From: Octopus vulgaris
Taxonomy: Eukaryota
Length of the DNA: 64,000 nt
Reading direction: 5' to 3'
Assembly (NCBI GenBank): GCA_951406725.2
Contig: OX597835.1
Coordinates: 6,386,001-6,450,000 of the forward strand
Under the pieces are notes generated by a model. The model was not told the origin of the DNA, did not search any database, and saw nothing but the letters and a program-made list of their open reading frames with translations. Positions 35,601 through 44,184 of the stretch are shown piece by piece (the first letter of the stretch is position 1; each line of letters opens with the position of its first letter). The position numbers and the translations under genes are program-made.

Positions 35601-37334
35601 TCTCATGAAACACATGTACGTCGTATAAGACATTAACAAGGACTATGTTTTCTGTGTTACTTTTCAATTTATATGTATATAGGCACAGGTGTGGCTGTGT
35701 GGTTAAGAAGCTTGTTTCCTAACTACATAGCTCTGGGTTCAGTCCCAGTTCGATGCACCTTGGGTAAGTGTCTTCTACTATAGCCCTACACTGACTGAAG
35801 ACTTTGGTGTGGGGATTTTGTGGATGGAAACTGAAAGAAGCCTGTTGTGTGTGTTTCTGTCTCCTTCTTTTGACATTGCATGCTGGTTGTAAAAGTACTG
35901 TCACTGCCATGCAAGCAGTACCATTCATTTTTAATGTTCTGCATCATGTGTATGTCTGGCCCTGGGGCAGTGTCACTTTGCTTGCATACAGGTGAGGATT
36001 GGTGACATGAAGGGCATCCAGCTGTAGAAAATCTGCCTCAACAAATTCTGTCCAACCCATGCAAGCATGGAAAAGTCATCACCATCACCATCGTTTAGCA
36101 TCCATTTTCCATGCTGGCATGGGTTGGACGGTTTGACTGGGGACTGGCCAGCCAGGAGGTCGCACCAGGCCCCAACCTGATCTGGCAAATGTTTCTACAG
36201 CTGGATGCCCTTCCTAATGCCAACCACTCTGAGAGTGGGTGTTTTTTACGCACCACTGGCATGTGAGCCATTCAGGCAGCACTGGCAATGACCCACGCAT
36301 AAATGGCGCTTATTGCGTGCCACCAGCACAGGAACCAGTCAGTCAGTGCTGGTATGAGCCACAACTACAATTTCCATTTGATTGTGATTTGATTTGATTT
36401 TGATTTTGAAAAGTGGGCATTGAAATGATGATGACATAGATATATGTGTGTGTACAATCTAGATCATCATCATCATCATCATCGTTTAGCATCCGCTTTC
36501 CATACTGGCATGGGTTAGACAGTTCAACTGGGGTCTGGGAAGCCAGAAGGCTGCACCAGGCCCTGTCTGATCTGGCAATGTTTCTACAGCTGGATGCCCT
36601 TCCTAACGCCAACCACTCCATGAGTGTAGTGGGTGCTTTTTACGTGCCAGATGAGGCTGGCAAGTGACCACGATCGGATGGTGATATATATATATAATAA
36701 TAATAATCACCATCATTTAACAACCAATTTCCATTCTAGCATGAGTTGAACAGTTTGTCAGTAGCTGGGAAGTCAAAAGACTGTACCAAGCTCTATTGTC
36801 TGCTAGTGGCATGGTTTTGTATGACAGGCTGCCTTTCCTAATGCCAACCACTTTACAGAGTGTAGTGAGTGTTTTTTATATGGTATAAGCATAGCAAATT
36901 GTCAATTATCTGAGTCCTTTGTCACGTTACTTAGCGGTTCGGCAAAAGAGACCGATAGAATAAGTACTGGGCTTACAAAAAGAATAAGTCCCGGGATCGA
37001 GTTGCTCGATTAAAGGCGGTGCTCCAGCATGGCCGCAGTCAAATGACTGAAACAAGTAAAAGAGAGTAAAAGAGTATATGACAAAGGACTAAGATAATTG
37101 ACAATTTGCTATGCTTATACCATACATACTTAAATATTTGTTTTTCTGCCAAATGTTTTGACAGTTTAACCGTCAATTGTTTGTTTTTAAATAATGCAGG
37201 CTGTCACCCGACCAGACATTTCTTACAAGAGGAAACAGAAGCAGAACATTGCCAAAGTTGCTGCCAAAAAAAGAAAAGTGGAGAAGATAAGAACGATGAA
37301 AGTTTTGAAAGGAAAATTTTCTAGAAAAAGCTGA
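599..37334 (+). CDS. UTP20: UTP20 / small subunit processome component 20 homolog, 3' portion (28 exons; gene begins upstream of the window)
   Basis: 28 GT-AG exons join in one frame with consistent phases (4,453 nt in total) and end at TGA 37332-37334. Motifs recalled from UTP20: DFFENMKNI..RRSRAL, ILDRFHFD, VRVPVALAIVKLL, RGYQLHILGFTVH, DYPLGKKL, LNYTQESGRQSA, LVNDDSAKCR, and a basic C-terminus (RKQKRAVEAVTRPD..KKRK). Confidence 0.96.
801..1022. mobile_element. piggyBac-type MITE (family A)
   Basis: TTAA on both sides (797-800 and 1023-1026); perfect TIR CCCTTTCGTTAC / GTAACGAAAGGG. Confidence 0.85.
1737..1933. mobile_element. hAT (Charlie-like) MITE
   Basis: TIR CAGTGCTTTTCAAC / GTTGAAAACCACTG; perfect 8-bp TSD ATCTAGGA (1729-1736 and 1934-1941). 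Confidence 0.9.
1990..2043 (+). CDS. UTP20: UTP20 exon 2 (KLSQKDDNLKDIGEVLCG)
   Basis: ttccag| ... |gtaagt, 54 nt. Confidence 0.8.
2234..2389 (+). CDS. UTP20: UTP20 exon 3 (LNSWNPKKLEEIDYDRRL...NCCHFIST)
   Basis: ttgtag| ... |gtcagt, 156 nt; LN.W....EEIDYD.RL motif. Confidence 0.9.
2507..2888 (+). mobile_element. tRNA-derived SINE (tRNA-Arg-like head)
   Basis: A and B boxes (TGGCCCAGTAG / GGTTTTGATTCC); head shared with copies at 7519-7905, 26736 and 44720; (ACAA)n tail. Confidence 0.8.
3150..3700 (-). mobile_element. Degenerate Tc1/mariner-superfamily transposase fragment
   Basis: Frameshifted pieces KTKFSQTVMVF..VSREGDVMP..F and WPPNYPNCNPMD..WGAVEK resemble the catalytic domain (WPPNSPD.NP.D). 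Confidence 0.8.
4866..5021 (+). CDS. UTP20: UTP20 exon 4 (VDDLSIRNSS...KNPIQ)
   Basis: atacag| ... |gtaaga, 156 nt. Confidence 0.9.
5299..5640 (+). mobile_element. Ty3/Gypsy LTR retrotransposon pol (RNase H) fragment
   Basis: One open frame reads FTLFTDHKPLTYAL..SREIRHLDFISQFTVDIRYIKGVENSAADALSR. Confidence 0.88.
6115..6252 (+). CDS. UTP20: UTP20 exon 5 (GVCREYF...DFFENMKNIK)
   Basis: ttgcag| ... |gtaaga, 138 nt; DFFENM motif. Confidence 0.92.
6250..6418 (+). repeat. 48-bp tandem repeat (3.5 copies) beginning at the exon-5 splice donor
   Basis: Units start at 6250, 6298, 6346 and 6394. Confidence 0.9.
6594..6874 (+). CDS. UTP20: UTP20 exon 6 (VQRRSRALRRL...QKLLV)
   Basis: ttacag| ... |gtgagt, 281 nt, ends in phase 2. 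Confidence 0.92.
7370..7476 (+). CDS. UTP20: UTP20 exon 7 (VVVTILDRFHFD...)
   Basis: ctgcag| ... |gtttgt, phase 2 to phase 1. Confidence 0.88.
7519..7905 (-). mobile_element. tRNA-derived SINE with 13-bp TSD
   Basis: TSD TGTTGTTAATTAT at 7506-7518 and 7906-7918; A/B boxes on the minus strand. Confidence 0.9.
8337..8605 (+). CDS. UTP20: UTP20 exon 8 (Asp-rich linker ...IIPMLYKVLVKR)
   Basis: ttgcag| ... |gtaagg, phase 1 to phase 0. Confidence 0.88.
8817..9201 (-). mobile_element. Major ~400-bp tRNA-derived SINE family (more than 15 copies, e.g. 12710, 17250, 18605, 21601, 42657)
   Basis: Head GGCG.AGGAGTGGCTGTGTGG..GGTTCAGTCCC, internal (TA/TG)n, tail GACTGAAACAAGTAAAAGAG. Confidence 0.9.
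10598..10737 (+). CDS. UTP20: UTP20 exon 9 (VKSESEHKL...VRVPVALAIVKLL)
   Basis: ttccag| ... |gtaatt, ends in phase 2. Confidence 0.92.
11590..11710 (-). mobile_element. Penelope-like element reverse transcriptase fragment
   Basis: Reverse frame *IKTGDSLFEISMGSYNGAEVADLIGLIL resembles the PLE RT motif FDVTMGSYDGAEVCELVGL. Confidence 0.7.
12447..12603 (+). CDS. UTP20: UTP20 exon 10 (VILRICEFLRSR...LSRGYQ)
   Basis: tttcag| ... |gtaagt, phase 2 to phase 0. Confidence 0.94.
14102..14200 (+). CDS. UTP20: UTP20 exon 11 (LHILGFTVH...KSLIE)
   Basis: caacag| ... |gtgagt, 99 nt. Confidence 0.93.
14925..15092 (+). CDS. UTP20: UTP20 exon 12 (IFNEDIFGMVAEEK...APLKD)
   Basis: gtcaag| ... |gtaagt, 168 nt. 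Confidence 0.92.
15300..15658 (+). mobile_element. 3' end of an RTE-type LINE with (GAT)n tail (many 5'-truncated copies)
   Basis: Conserved AGGAAGGGCATCCAGCTGTAGAAAC...CCATGCTAGCATGG...(GAT)n. At 39000-39250 and 40726-41070 it is contiguous with RTE ORF-end sequence. Confidence 0.75.
15705..15871 (+). CDS. UTP20: UTP20 exon 13 (ILDSSSNQNTIKKV...)
   Basis: tttcag| ... |gtaggt, ends in phase 2. Confidence 0.9.
16181..16494 (+). mobile_element. tRNA-derived SINE with CR1-LINE-like 3' tail
   Basis: A box TGGCTTAATGG, B box GGTTTCGATTCC; tail GTGCACCTGAGCACTGTA followed by (ATT)n. Confidence 0.85.
16514..16655 (+). CDS. UTP20: UTP20 exon 14 (EKNKKKDEPGLRPESCLII...EFGLQ)
   Basis: ttctag| ... 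|gtgagt, phase 2 to phase 0. Confidence 0.92.
18100..18320. mobile_element. piggyBac-type MITE (family B; also near 16718, 52340 and 53313)
   Basis: TTAA flanks; imperfect CCCTTTAG TIR; about 220 bp. Confidence 0.75.
19232..19519 (+). CDS. UTP20: UTP20 exon 15 (LLYFTFKK...LLDPF...VIFK)
   Basis: tttcag| ... |gtatac, 288 nt. Confidence 0.92.
20204..20335 (+). CDS. UTP20: UTP20 exon 16 (SITILVRE...EEDIMDYTRQACAFNLIK)
   Basis: ctgcag| ... |gtgaga, 132 nt. Confidence 0.93.
20576..21330. repeat. Tandem array of MITE-A-derived units (240, 175, 175 bp)
   Basis: Units start at TTAA(C/T)CCTTTAG at 20576, 20816, 20991 and 21166; similar to the reverse complement of 801-1022. Confidence 0.8.
21444..21554 (+). 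CDS. UTP20: UTP20 exon 17 (AILHRKIV...KQSRD)
   Basis: ttgcag| ... |gtatgt, 111 nt. Confidence 0.92.
22528..22700. repeat. ~63-bp tandem repeat x3 inside an RTE 3' UTR copy
   Basis: ATGTG.CACCGACACAGGTGCCAGACGAGGCTGGC at 22531, 22594 and 22658. Confidence 0.85.
23302..23451 (+). CDS. UTP20: UTP20 exon 18 (VILRFIFDYPLGKKL...QKYPI)
   Basis: ttccag| ... |gtaagt, 150 nt. Confidence 0.94.
23519..23939 (-). mobile_element. Major SINE family, full-length copy
   Basis: Complete head and tail. Confidence 0.9.
24378..24761 (+). mobile_element. Major SINE family copy, inverted relative to 23519-23939
   Basis: Same family in the opposite orientation. Confidence 0.88.
25483..25602 (+). CDS. UTP20: UTP20 exon 19 (ENLNRDASLFFFPL...LVNDDSAKCR)
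   Basis: tttcag| ... |gtaaca, 120 nt. Confidence 0.93.
25720..25922. repeat. Degenerate minisatellite (CACTATAATGTACT motif)
   Basis: About 7 imperfect recurrences. Confidence 0.65.
27603..27721. repeat. Near-perfect inverted repeat (~50-bp arms)
   Basis: TTGTTGCTTATTTTGATTTT(TA)n(CAT)n mirrored by (GAT)n(TA)nAAAATCAAAATAAGCAACAA. Confidence 0.9.
27855..27917 (+). CDS. UTP20: UTP20 exon 20 (LSVETCDKLFTNCTNWFSNKK)
   Basis: tcacag| ... |gtaata, 63 nt. Confidence 0.87.
28729..28860 (+). CDS. UTP20: UTP20 exon 21 (LQLKMVAAQVSGLFAETE...)
   Basis: atccag| ... |gtaagt, 132 nt; a second in-frame CAG acceptor lies 6 nt downstream. Confidence 0.9.
29946..30358. repeat. 216-bp-period diverged tandem duplication
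   Basis: ACAAGCAAATCTGTGCCATTGAGCAG starts at 29946 and 30162. Confidence 0.88.
30382..30773 (-). mobile_element. Major SINE family, full-length copy
   Basis: Complete head and tail. Confidence 0.9.
30907..31039 (+). CDS. UTP20: UTP20 exon 22 (TSLTSVEHDQDRLLYNSL...SIW)
   Basis: ttgcag| ... |gtaaca, ends in phase 1. Confidence 0.9.
31164..31333 (+). CDS. UTP20: UTP20 exon 23 (NVLELMLYPHMWVQLVSAQLLG...)
   Basis: ctgcag| ... |gtaaga; YPH.WV motif. Confidence 0.93.
31795..31866 (+). CDS. UTP20: UTP20 exon 24 (VHTLVLNSIGQLQ...AEQ)
   Basis: ttgcag| ... |gtaaac, 72 nt. Confidence 0.88.
32263..32790. repeat. ~530-bp CT-rich degenerate repeat directly before the exon-25 acceptor
   Basis: Recurring CACTTATTCTCTCACTCATTCCCTGTCTCT and (CT)n. 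Confidence 0.9.
32794..33363 (+). CDS. UTP20: UTP20 exon 25 (AVKNLVFLTKVI, long acidic tract, SLPWVTRKM...SVLK)
   Basis: ctccag| ... |gtgaga, 570 nt open frame; KNL.F and L.W...K motifs flank the E/D tract. Confidence 0.9.
33984..34340 (+). mobile_element. Major SINE family copy, inverted relative to 33468-33841
   Basis: Complete head and tail. Confidence 0.9.
34419..34545 (+). CDS. UTP20: UTP20 exon 26 (RSYVFKWFAAVAIDLG...LHRELN)
   Basis: ttatag| ... |gttggt, ends in phase 1. Confidence 0.92.
34707..35330 (+). mobile_element. Multimeric SINE with Meta-domain-like core (184-bp internal period)
   Basis: Core GCCTTTCATCCTTTC.GGGTCGAT.AA.T.AGTACCAG occurs three times; units start at 34754, 34938 and 35122; (ATT)n tail. 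The Meta-domain label is from memory. Confidence 0.8.
35336..35481 (+). CDS. UTP20: UTP20 exon 27 (DPKLKALTQEVLELLKK...RAVE)
   Basis: tttcag| ... |gtgagt, phase 1 to phase 0. Confidence 0.93.
37200..37334 (+). CDS. UTP20: UTP20 terminal coding exon (AVTRPDISYKRKQKQN...FSRKS*)
   Basis: atgcag| acceptor; basic C-terminus; TGA at 37332-37334. Confidence 0.92.
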   Translation, partial: AVTRPDISYKRKQKQNIAKVAAKKRKVEKIRTMKVLKGKFSRKS

Positions 37335-37437
37335 GAATGAGAAAATGGAAACAGTTACACCATTATTATTATTTTATTTAAAGATGACTCTATTTTTGTA
37401 AATACATGTATTAAAGGGGACATGGGGAGGGGGCAGA

Positions 37438-37443
37438 AATAAA
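37438..37443 (+). terminator. Candidate UTP20 polyadenylation signal AATAAA
   Basis: Canonical hexamer about 100 nt after the stop codon. Confidence 0.55.
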
Positions 37444-37679
37444 ACAATTTCAACCATCCACGGTCTTTTGTGAAGAGTTCTCTTATTTCAAACATATTCC
37501 ATAGGGTTGCATGTCATTTTATCCTTAATTTGGCTGGGAAGGGCAGGTAGTGTTTATCCATCTGGTGCCCTTAGCAAAAGCAGTTGTATGGTGGACAGAA
37601 TTGAAAGGGCTGGAAACGGACACCTTCCTCTTTGGCCATGTCATCATCAGCTTTTTACCCTAATTCAATTACGTGGGCT

Positions 37680-37925
37680 TGTCCTATTTCTAAATGTCTG
37701 TCCCTGTTTCTGACAGATTGTTTTATATCTATGAGTTTGTGTATTCTTCTGAGTTTGCCTCTATCTCTGTGGGTTTGTCCTGTTTTTTCTGAGTTTATCG
37801 CTATTTGTATGGGTTTCTCCTAGTTTTGTAAGTTTGTCCTAATTTTGTAGGTTTGCCCTATCTATATGGGTTTGTCTATTTTTGTGGGTTTTCTCTAAAC
37901 CTGTCCCTATTGTTGTGAGTTTATT
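37680..37925. repeat. Degenerate ~19-bp minisatellite between the convergent 3' ends
   Basis: Recurring G(G/A)GTTTGTCCTA.TTTT.T. Confidence 0.65.
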
Positions 37926-38314
37926 CTGTAATATTTTATTCAATGACTGCTGCCATGTTGGGGCACCACCTTGAAGGGTTTGGTTGCTCAAATCAGCAAT
38001 TTTACTTAATTTAATTTAAGGTACTTAATATGAAGGTGGTTGCTCACAGAATCTTTAAGCATGTCAGACAAACTGCTTAACAGCATTTCTTCCAAAATTT
38101 CACATTCTGAGTTCAAATCCTGCTGAGGCTGACTTTGCCTTTCAGCCTTTTGGGGTTGATAAAATTAAGTACCAATTGCATACTGGGGTCGATCTAATCG
38201 ATTGGTTCCCTCCCCCAAAATTTCAGGCCTTGTGCCTATAGTAGAAAGGATTGTTATTATTAATTTGTATAGCTTTGTATTTATTACTTTTTTTATTATG
38301 ATTTTCTGTATTTA

Positions 38315-38439
38315 TTAAAAAATGACTGAGAAAGGTCGTATTTGTTGTCCGTGGGGATCAAAGCATATCTTCTGGCGAGAACACACTTCCAAAGAACGGC
38401 AGGTGTCTCCATAGGTATTCCCATATCGGTATCGCCTTT
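38315..38439 (-). CDS. FAM166: FAM166-like terminal exon ([16 protein letters not shown]...SVIF*)
   Basis: ttgcag| acceptor; TAA at 38317-38315; an AATAAA overlaps the stop (38316-38311). Confidence 0.88.
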
Positions 38440-41069
38440 CTGCAATCAAAAAGAAACAGGATTCTGTGAAACAACACAAACACACGCACACACATACACA
38501 CAAAATTTCCATCTAACCCTTTAACTTTAAACTGGACACACCCAGCCCAAATATTCATGTTTTATGTTCAAACCAACCAGATCTGGCTTCTCACACCTAC
38601 CCTACAATGCCATTCTAAGAATAAAACAATCATCATCATTTAAAGTCTGTTGTCCATACTGGCATGGGTTGGACAGTTTGGCCAGGGATGACAAGCTGAG
38701 GGGCTGCATCAGACTCCAGTCTGATTTGGCATGGTTTCTATGGCTGGATGTCCTTCCTATCCTTGAAATCTCAAGGCTATGAGATGATGAATTCCGGAGG
38801 CAAAGTGACTAAGCTCCTGGGCCACATGGAGGCAAAGTGGCTGAGTTCCTCTCGAGTGTTAGGGCCTCACAGAGGCGAGGCAGCTGAGTTCCTTTCAAAC
38901 AGGCCTCATGGAGGTGAGATGATTGAATTCCTTTTGAGCATTCGGCCTCACAGAGGCAAAGTGGCCAAGCCCCTTTTGAGCGTTGGGCCTCACGGATGCA
39001 ATGTCCAAGACCTTTGACATTATGTCGTGCTTGAGAAGAAGACCCATCAAGCTGAGTAAAATGGCAGTCATGGCAGATACAGGTGTCATGCAAATGGCAC
39101 CCATGCTGGTGGCGCATAAAAGCACCCACTCTTGGAGTGGTTGGCATTAAGAAGGGCATCCAGCTGTAGAAAACCATGCCAAATCAGACTGGATCCTGGT
39201 GCAACATGCCAGCCCAGTCAAACTGTTCAGCCCATGCCAGTATGAACAACGGGAAAATGAGATAGTCATGGCTGGAATGCTGTTGATAATAGGCCTGGTG
39301 GATGAAGGCTGACCTGGGGTTAAAAAAAATGATTTACTTACGTGGTAGATAGCCCGTGTAGTGAGGAATCATACCCTCAATTCTGTATATCCCTGTGTCA
39401 CTTTTGTTTGATCTGTGAAAACAATTTAGAAAAAAAAGAAACAACAGACCCATAAGAAATGTGAAGATGTTATACGTGTAACTTATTGCAAACATATTAA
39501 CATAATTAACATAATTATAGGCGCAGGAGTGGCTGTGTGGTAAGTAGCTTGCTTACCAACCACATGGTTCCGGGTTCAGTCCCACTTCTTGGCACCTTGG
39601 GCAAGTGTCTTCTGCTATAGCCCCGGGCCGACCAATGCCTTGTGAGTGGATTTGGTAGACGGAAACTGAAAGAAGCCTGTCGTATATATATATGTGTTTG
39701 TGTGTCTGTGTTTGTCCCCCTAGCATTACTTGACAACCGATGCTGGTGTGTTTACGTCCCTGTCACTTAGCAGTTCGGCAAAAGTGCTGGGCTTACAAAG
39801 AATAAGTCCCGGGGTCGATTTACTCAACTAAAGGCGGTGTTCCAGCATGGCTGCAGTCAAATGACTCAAACAAGTAAAAGAGTAAAAGATAATTAAATAT
39901 AACGGACATGTTAAAATATTTGACCATTCAGCATTCAAATTTCTGTTATATATAATGCTTGTTTAGTCGCTCTATGTAACAAAAGCTCTCTCCAGCTTCT
40001 ACTGAAGCTCTGCCAAGTACACACAAACACTTCCCTGTATGCACAGCTCTACCCAGTCTGCCCTAGCATCTCTCACCTCTACAGAGATTCTACCTAACCA
40101 AAGGTTAACCTCAGGGTTTCTTCTCTTACGACATCACCTCCTATAACCAAATCCCACCTCATACTCACATTCCTAGATTCTGTTCCTTTGGTAATCGACT
40201 GCTCCAGAACTGTTTTAATGCAATGGAATTGGAGGAATGGTAGCGACAGCCGAGTCCTGTGTCAGTGGCTTTGATTTTTGGAATGTAACCTGTGTATCCA
40301 GGAATGTGGGCCTCTGTCAATGAACGGCGCGAAGCTGCAACAATAACAAGGTCAAATAATAATAATGATGATTTGAAAATTTACTTTATTTTATTTATAA
40401 AAACTTTTAATTATAATAATAATAATCCTTTTTACTTTAGGCGAAAGTCCTGAAATTTTTGGAGAAGGGGGTACTTAATTACATCGACCCCCAGTACACA
40501 ACTGCTACTTATTTTACTGACCCTGAAAAGATGAAAGACAAAGCTGACCTCAGTAGAATTTGAACTCAGAATGTAACGATGTATGAAATACCACTAAACA
40601 TTTTGTCCTGCACGCTAATGATTCTGCCAGGTTGCCACCTAATAATAATAATGATACTTTCTTTATTGGCCACCAGGGCTGAACACGAAACATAGAGGGA
40701 CAGTGAAGTTAATAATAATAATAATAGACCCAGGAAGACCTGGAATGTGGTGGTGAAGCATGACCTTTGAACATTAGGCCTCACCAAGGCAATGACAAGT
40801 GACTGAGACCTTTGGAAATATGCTGTGCTTGAGAAGACTCGGCAAGCACAAGTGAGACCATGGCCTTGTGGCCTATGCCAGGGGTGTAACCAGTCCACTT
40901 ATGCGTGCCTTTCATTCATTGGACACTAAACTCTGCTTGCGAAGTCCTGTTGAGGCAAGTGAAATCAAAATCAATGACTGGCATTCATACTAGTGGGGCG
41001 CTAAGAGCACCATCTGAGCATGATCGTTGCCAGAGCAGCTGACTGGCTTCTGTGCCGGTGGCACGTAAA

Positions 41070-41115
<46 letters not shown>

Positions 41116-44100
41116 GAGTGAGAGAGCAGTTCATGCCATCAAAGTGACACTGGAGTAAAATATACGAAGCCCAATATACCCATCATGACTACCCGTCTGA
41201 TAAAGGTACACTAGGCACATGCATCACAACCATATGTGCGCGACATGGTGATCTCATATGAAGATAAACAGCACATGACCTTGCAGGTGGGGCCCAGTTA
41301 GAATTTTCTTCAGGTTGAGTAGCCCATCCCGCTCAAAAGGTCCCTGAATAAGGGTTGTTTAAGGATGTTGAAAGAACCACCCATGTTTCCAGAAGTGAAT
41401 TATTCAAACCCCAAAGAATCCCTCTCAACACATGGCTATGATGCTCCCCCACTAATTCTACTCGTGATCAGAGATGCACGTATCGTCAGCCACTAAGAAA
41501 CATGCTCAACTGGTTACGGTCAAACAACTGACAAGCAAATCTGTGGTATTGAGCAGAATATTTGCTGTAGCCCATCTTTTATACCAAGGCAAAACAATGT
41601 ACATGATAACACTTCCAATCAGTTAAGATCAGAAGCCACGAGAGCCACTGCCTGGTACTGCATCAGGGCATTTATTATTATTATTATTATTATTATTATG
41701 AAGGTGGCGAGCTGGCAGAATCATTAGCATGCAGGACAAAATGTTTAGTGGTCTTCCATAAACTACTTTGTTTGGACTTGTGCCTCAGAAGGGAACTTTC
41801 TAGGTGCAATCCCATGGTTATTTGGGGCCAAAGGGCCTCTTTACCCATTACCTTTTTTGCTTTTGACTGAATAATGTGAATGCTAAAAGGTTAAGATACA
41901 TAATTAATTTCAAAGTAAGGTTTAATCAAAACCATTGAGAGAAAAATATACATATCTTTATATATAAAAGTGAGGTTGTGTGTCTGTCTCCTACAATTTA
42001 GATTCCTAACTACTCCCACATTTTGCGGTGCAGTTTAACCAAAACCGGGTATCTTACAGTCGTGATTCATATCAAGCCCTTCTGGGTATTAGCGCGCGTC
42101 TACGATGAGTCTACGATTTAAAAAAAAATTTACCATCAATTTTTCCCATTTTTAATGCATTTTTGGCATATATAAGGGAAGTAACTCTCTAAAAATGTAT
42201 TATTAAATCTCAGAACGTAAAAAGCTACAGTAACACCCCCCGCCCTTTGTGGTTAGCCATATCGAGATGGCTATTATACTTTACATCTCTAAAAATGCTT
42301 ATATAGTTATTTCCGTTACAAACCCGAGCAACGCCGGGCGATACTGCTAGTATATATATATATAAATGAAACATACCTGCAAAAGTTTCCTTTGAGCGAT
42401 TACCAAGGAATTCACAAAGTTTATTTTTTAACAATTCTTCTGAAGTAATTGGCGTCAATGGAGATTGAAGACTGGTTTGTTTCTCCAAAAGAGACTTCTT
42501 GAGTCTGAATTCTTTTTGTTCAGTTTTGAAATTATTCATGGAAATCTCAGACGCTTTTGGATAAGTATCTCCGTATATAAATGATAATTTTGGTATATAC
42601 CCTAAAAGTATGAGATAGGGAGATAGATATATTGTAAATTATATATACATATATACAGGCGTAGCTTTGTGGTAAGAAGTTTGCTTCCGAAGCACATGGT
42701 TCTGGGTTCAGTCCCTCTGCATGAAACCTTGGACAAGTGTCTTCTACTATAGCCTTGGAACAACTAAAGCTTTGTAGGTGAATTTTGTAGAGAGAAACTG
42801 CAAGAAGCCCGTTGTATATGTATATATATATATCAATGTGTGTATGTGTCTTTGTGTCTGTGTTGTAGACCCATCACCACTTCACAACAGGTAATAGTGT
42901 GTTTATATCCATGTAACTTAGTGGTTCAGCAAAAGAGACTGATAGAATAAGTTCTAGGCTTAAGAAATAAGTCCTGGGATCGACTAAAACCCTTCAAAGT
43001 GGTGCTCCAGCATGGCCACAGTCAAATGACTGAAACAAAAGAATTAAAGAGTATATATATATATATATGTGTGTGTATTTATATATATATATGTATATAT
43101 AGATAGATAGATAGACATATATACATGTATATATGTGAGTGTAAAGAGAACACAAAAGGGAAATAGAGAGAGAGAGAAAGAGGAGAATGTACAATGGCAT
43201 ACCTGTGTATCCAGTTATGAGTTGAGATTTGACAATGTCTTGAGTGTCCTCCTTCAGGTGTGTCATCTCACGTTGGATAGAAGCGTGAAAGGGTGTCAAG
43301 TCCGTACGTGACTTCTTGATACAAGAGTTCCATTGTGACTCTTCAATCTCCTGGAAAGTCATAGACAACAGCGTAAGAAAGGAAAGAGGAAGTAGAGAAA
43401 AATGGTCATTTAAGTAAACAGTTCTTTATTTTTTCATTCGTTTGTTGAGATGATTGACACTTTGTACACTCTGTCATGTTTAGGCAATCATAGAGAGAGA
43501 GAGAGAGGGGTGCAGAGAGGAAGAGAGAAACCACTTTAAAATACTTTTCAATAAATCTATGGCAAAACAAATAAAATTTGTTTTTTTTTCCCCCTCAAAA
43601 TATACTTGTAAAACAGCAGTGCATCTTACATGAAAATGTCTTATATACTGCCAACTGCAATATATATAGTATATATATATATATCATCATCATCATCATC
43701 ATCATCATCATCGTTTAACATCTGCTTTCCATGCTAGCATGGGATGGACGGTTCAACCGGGGATCTGGGAAGCCAGAAGACTGCACCAGGCTCCATTCTG
43801 ATCTGGCAGTGTTTCTACAGCTGGATGTCCTTCCTAATGCCAACCACTCTGAGAGTGTAGTGGACGCTTTTTACGTGCCACCAGGCGAGGCTGGCAACGG
43901 CCATGATCGGATTGGTGCATTTTACATGCCACCAGCACAGAAGCCAGTCAAGGAGGCGCTGGCATCGGCCACGATTCGGATGGTGGTTTTTAGATGCCAC
44001 CGGCACGGAAGCCAGTCAAGGCGGTGCTGGCATCGGCCATGATTCAGATAGTGCTTTAAGGGTGGCTCAAAAGTAGGGTTACAGTTATCACGTAGGCACT

Positions 44101-44153
44101 TTGAATTTCTTTTAAAACATTTTATTACATTTAAATTAGGTAGATAGATGGAC

Positions 44154-44184
<31 letters not shown>

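Noticed and set aside
669-37199. Intronic snoRNAs in UTP20
   Set aside because: TGATGA matches come from (GAT)n tails; no box C/D pair with a terminal stem and rRNA antisense element could be identified by eye
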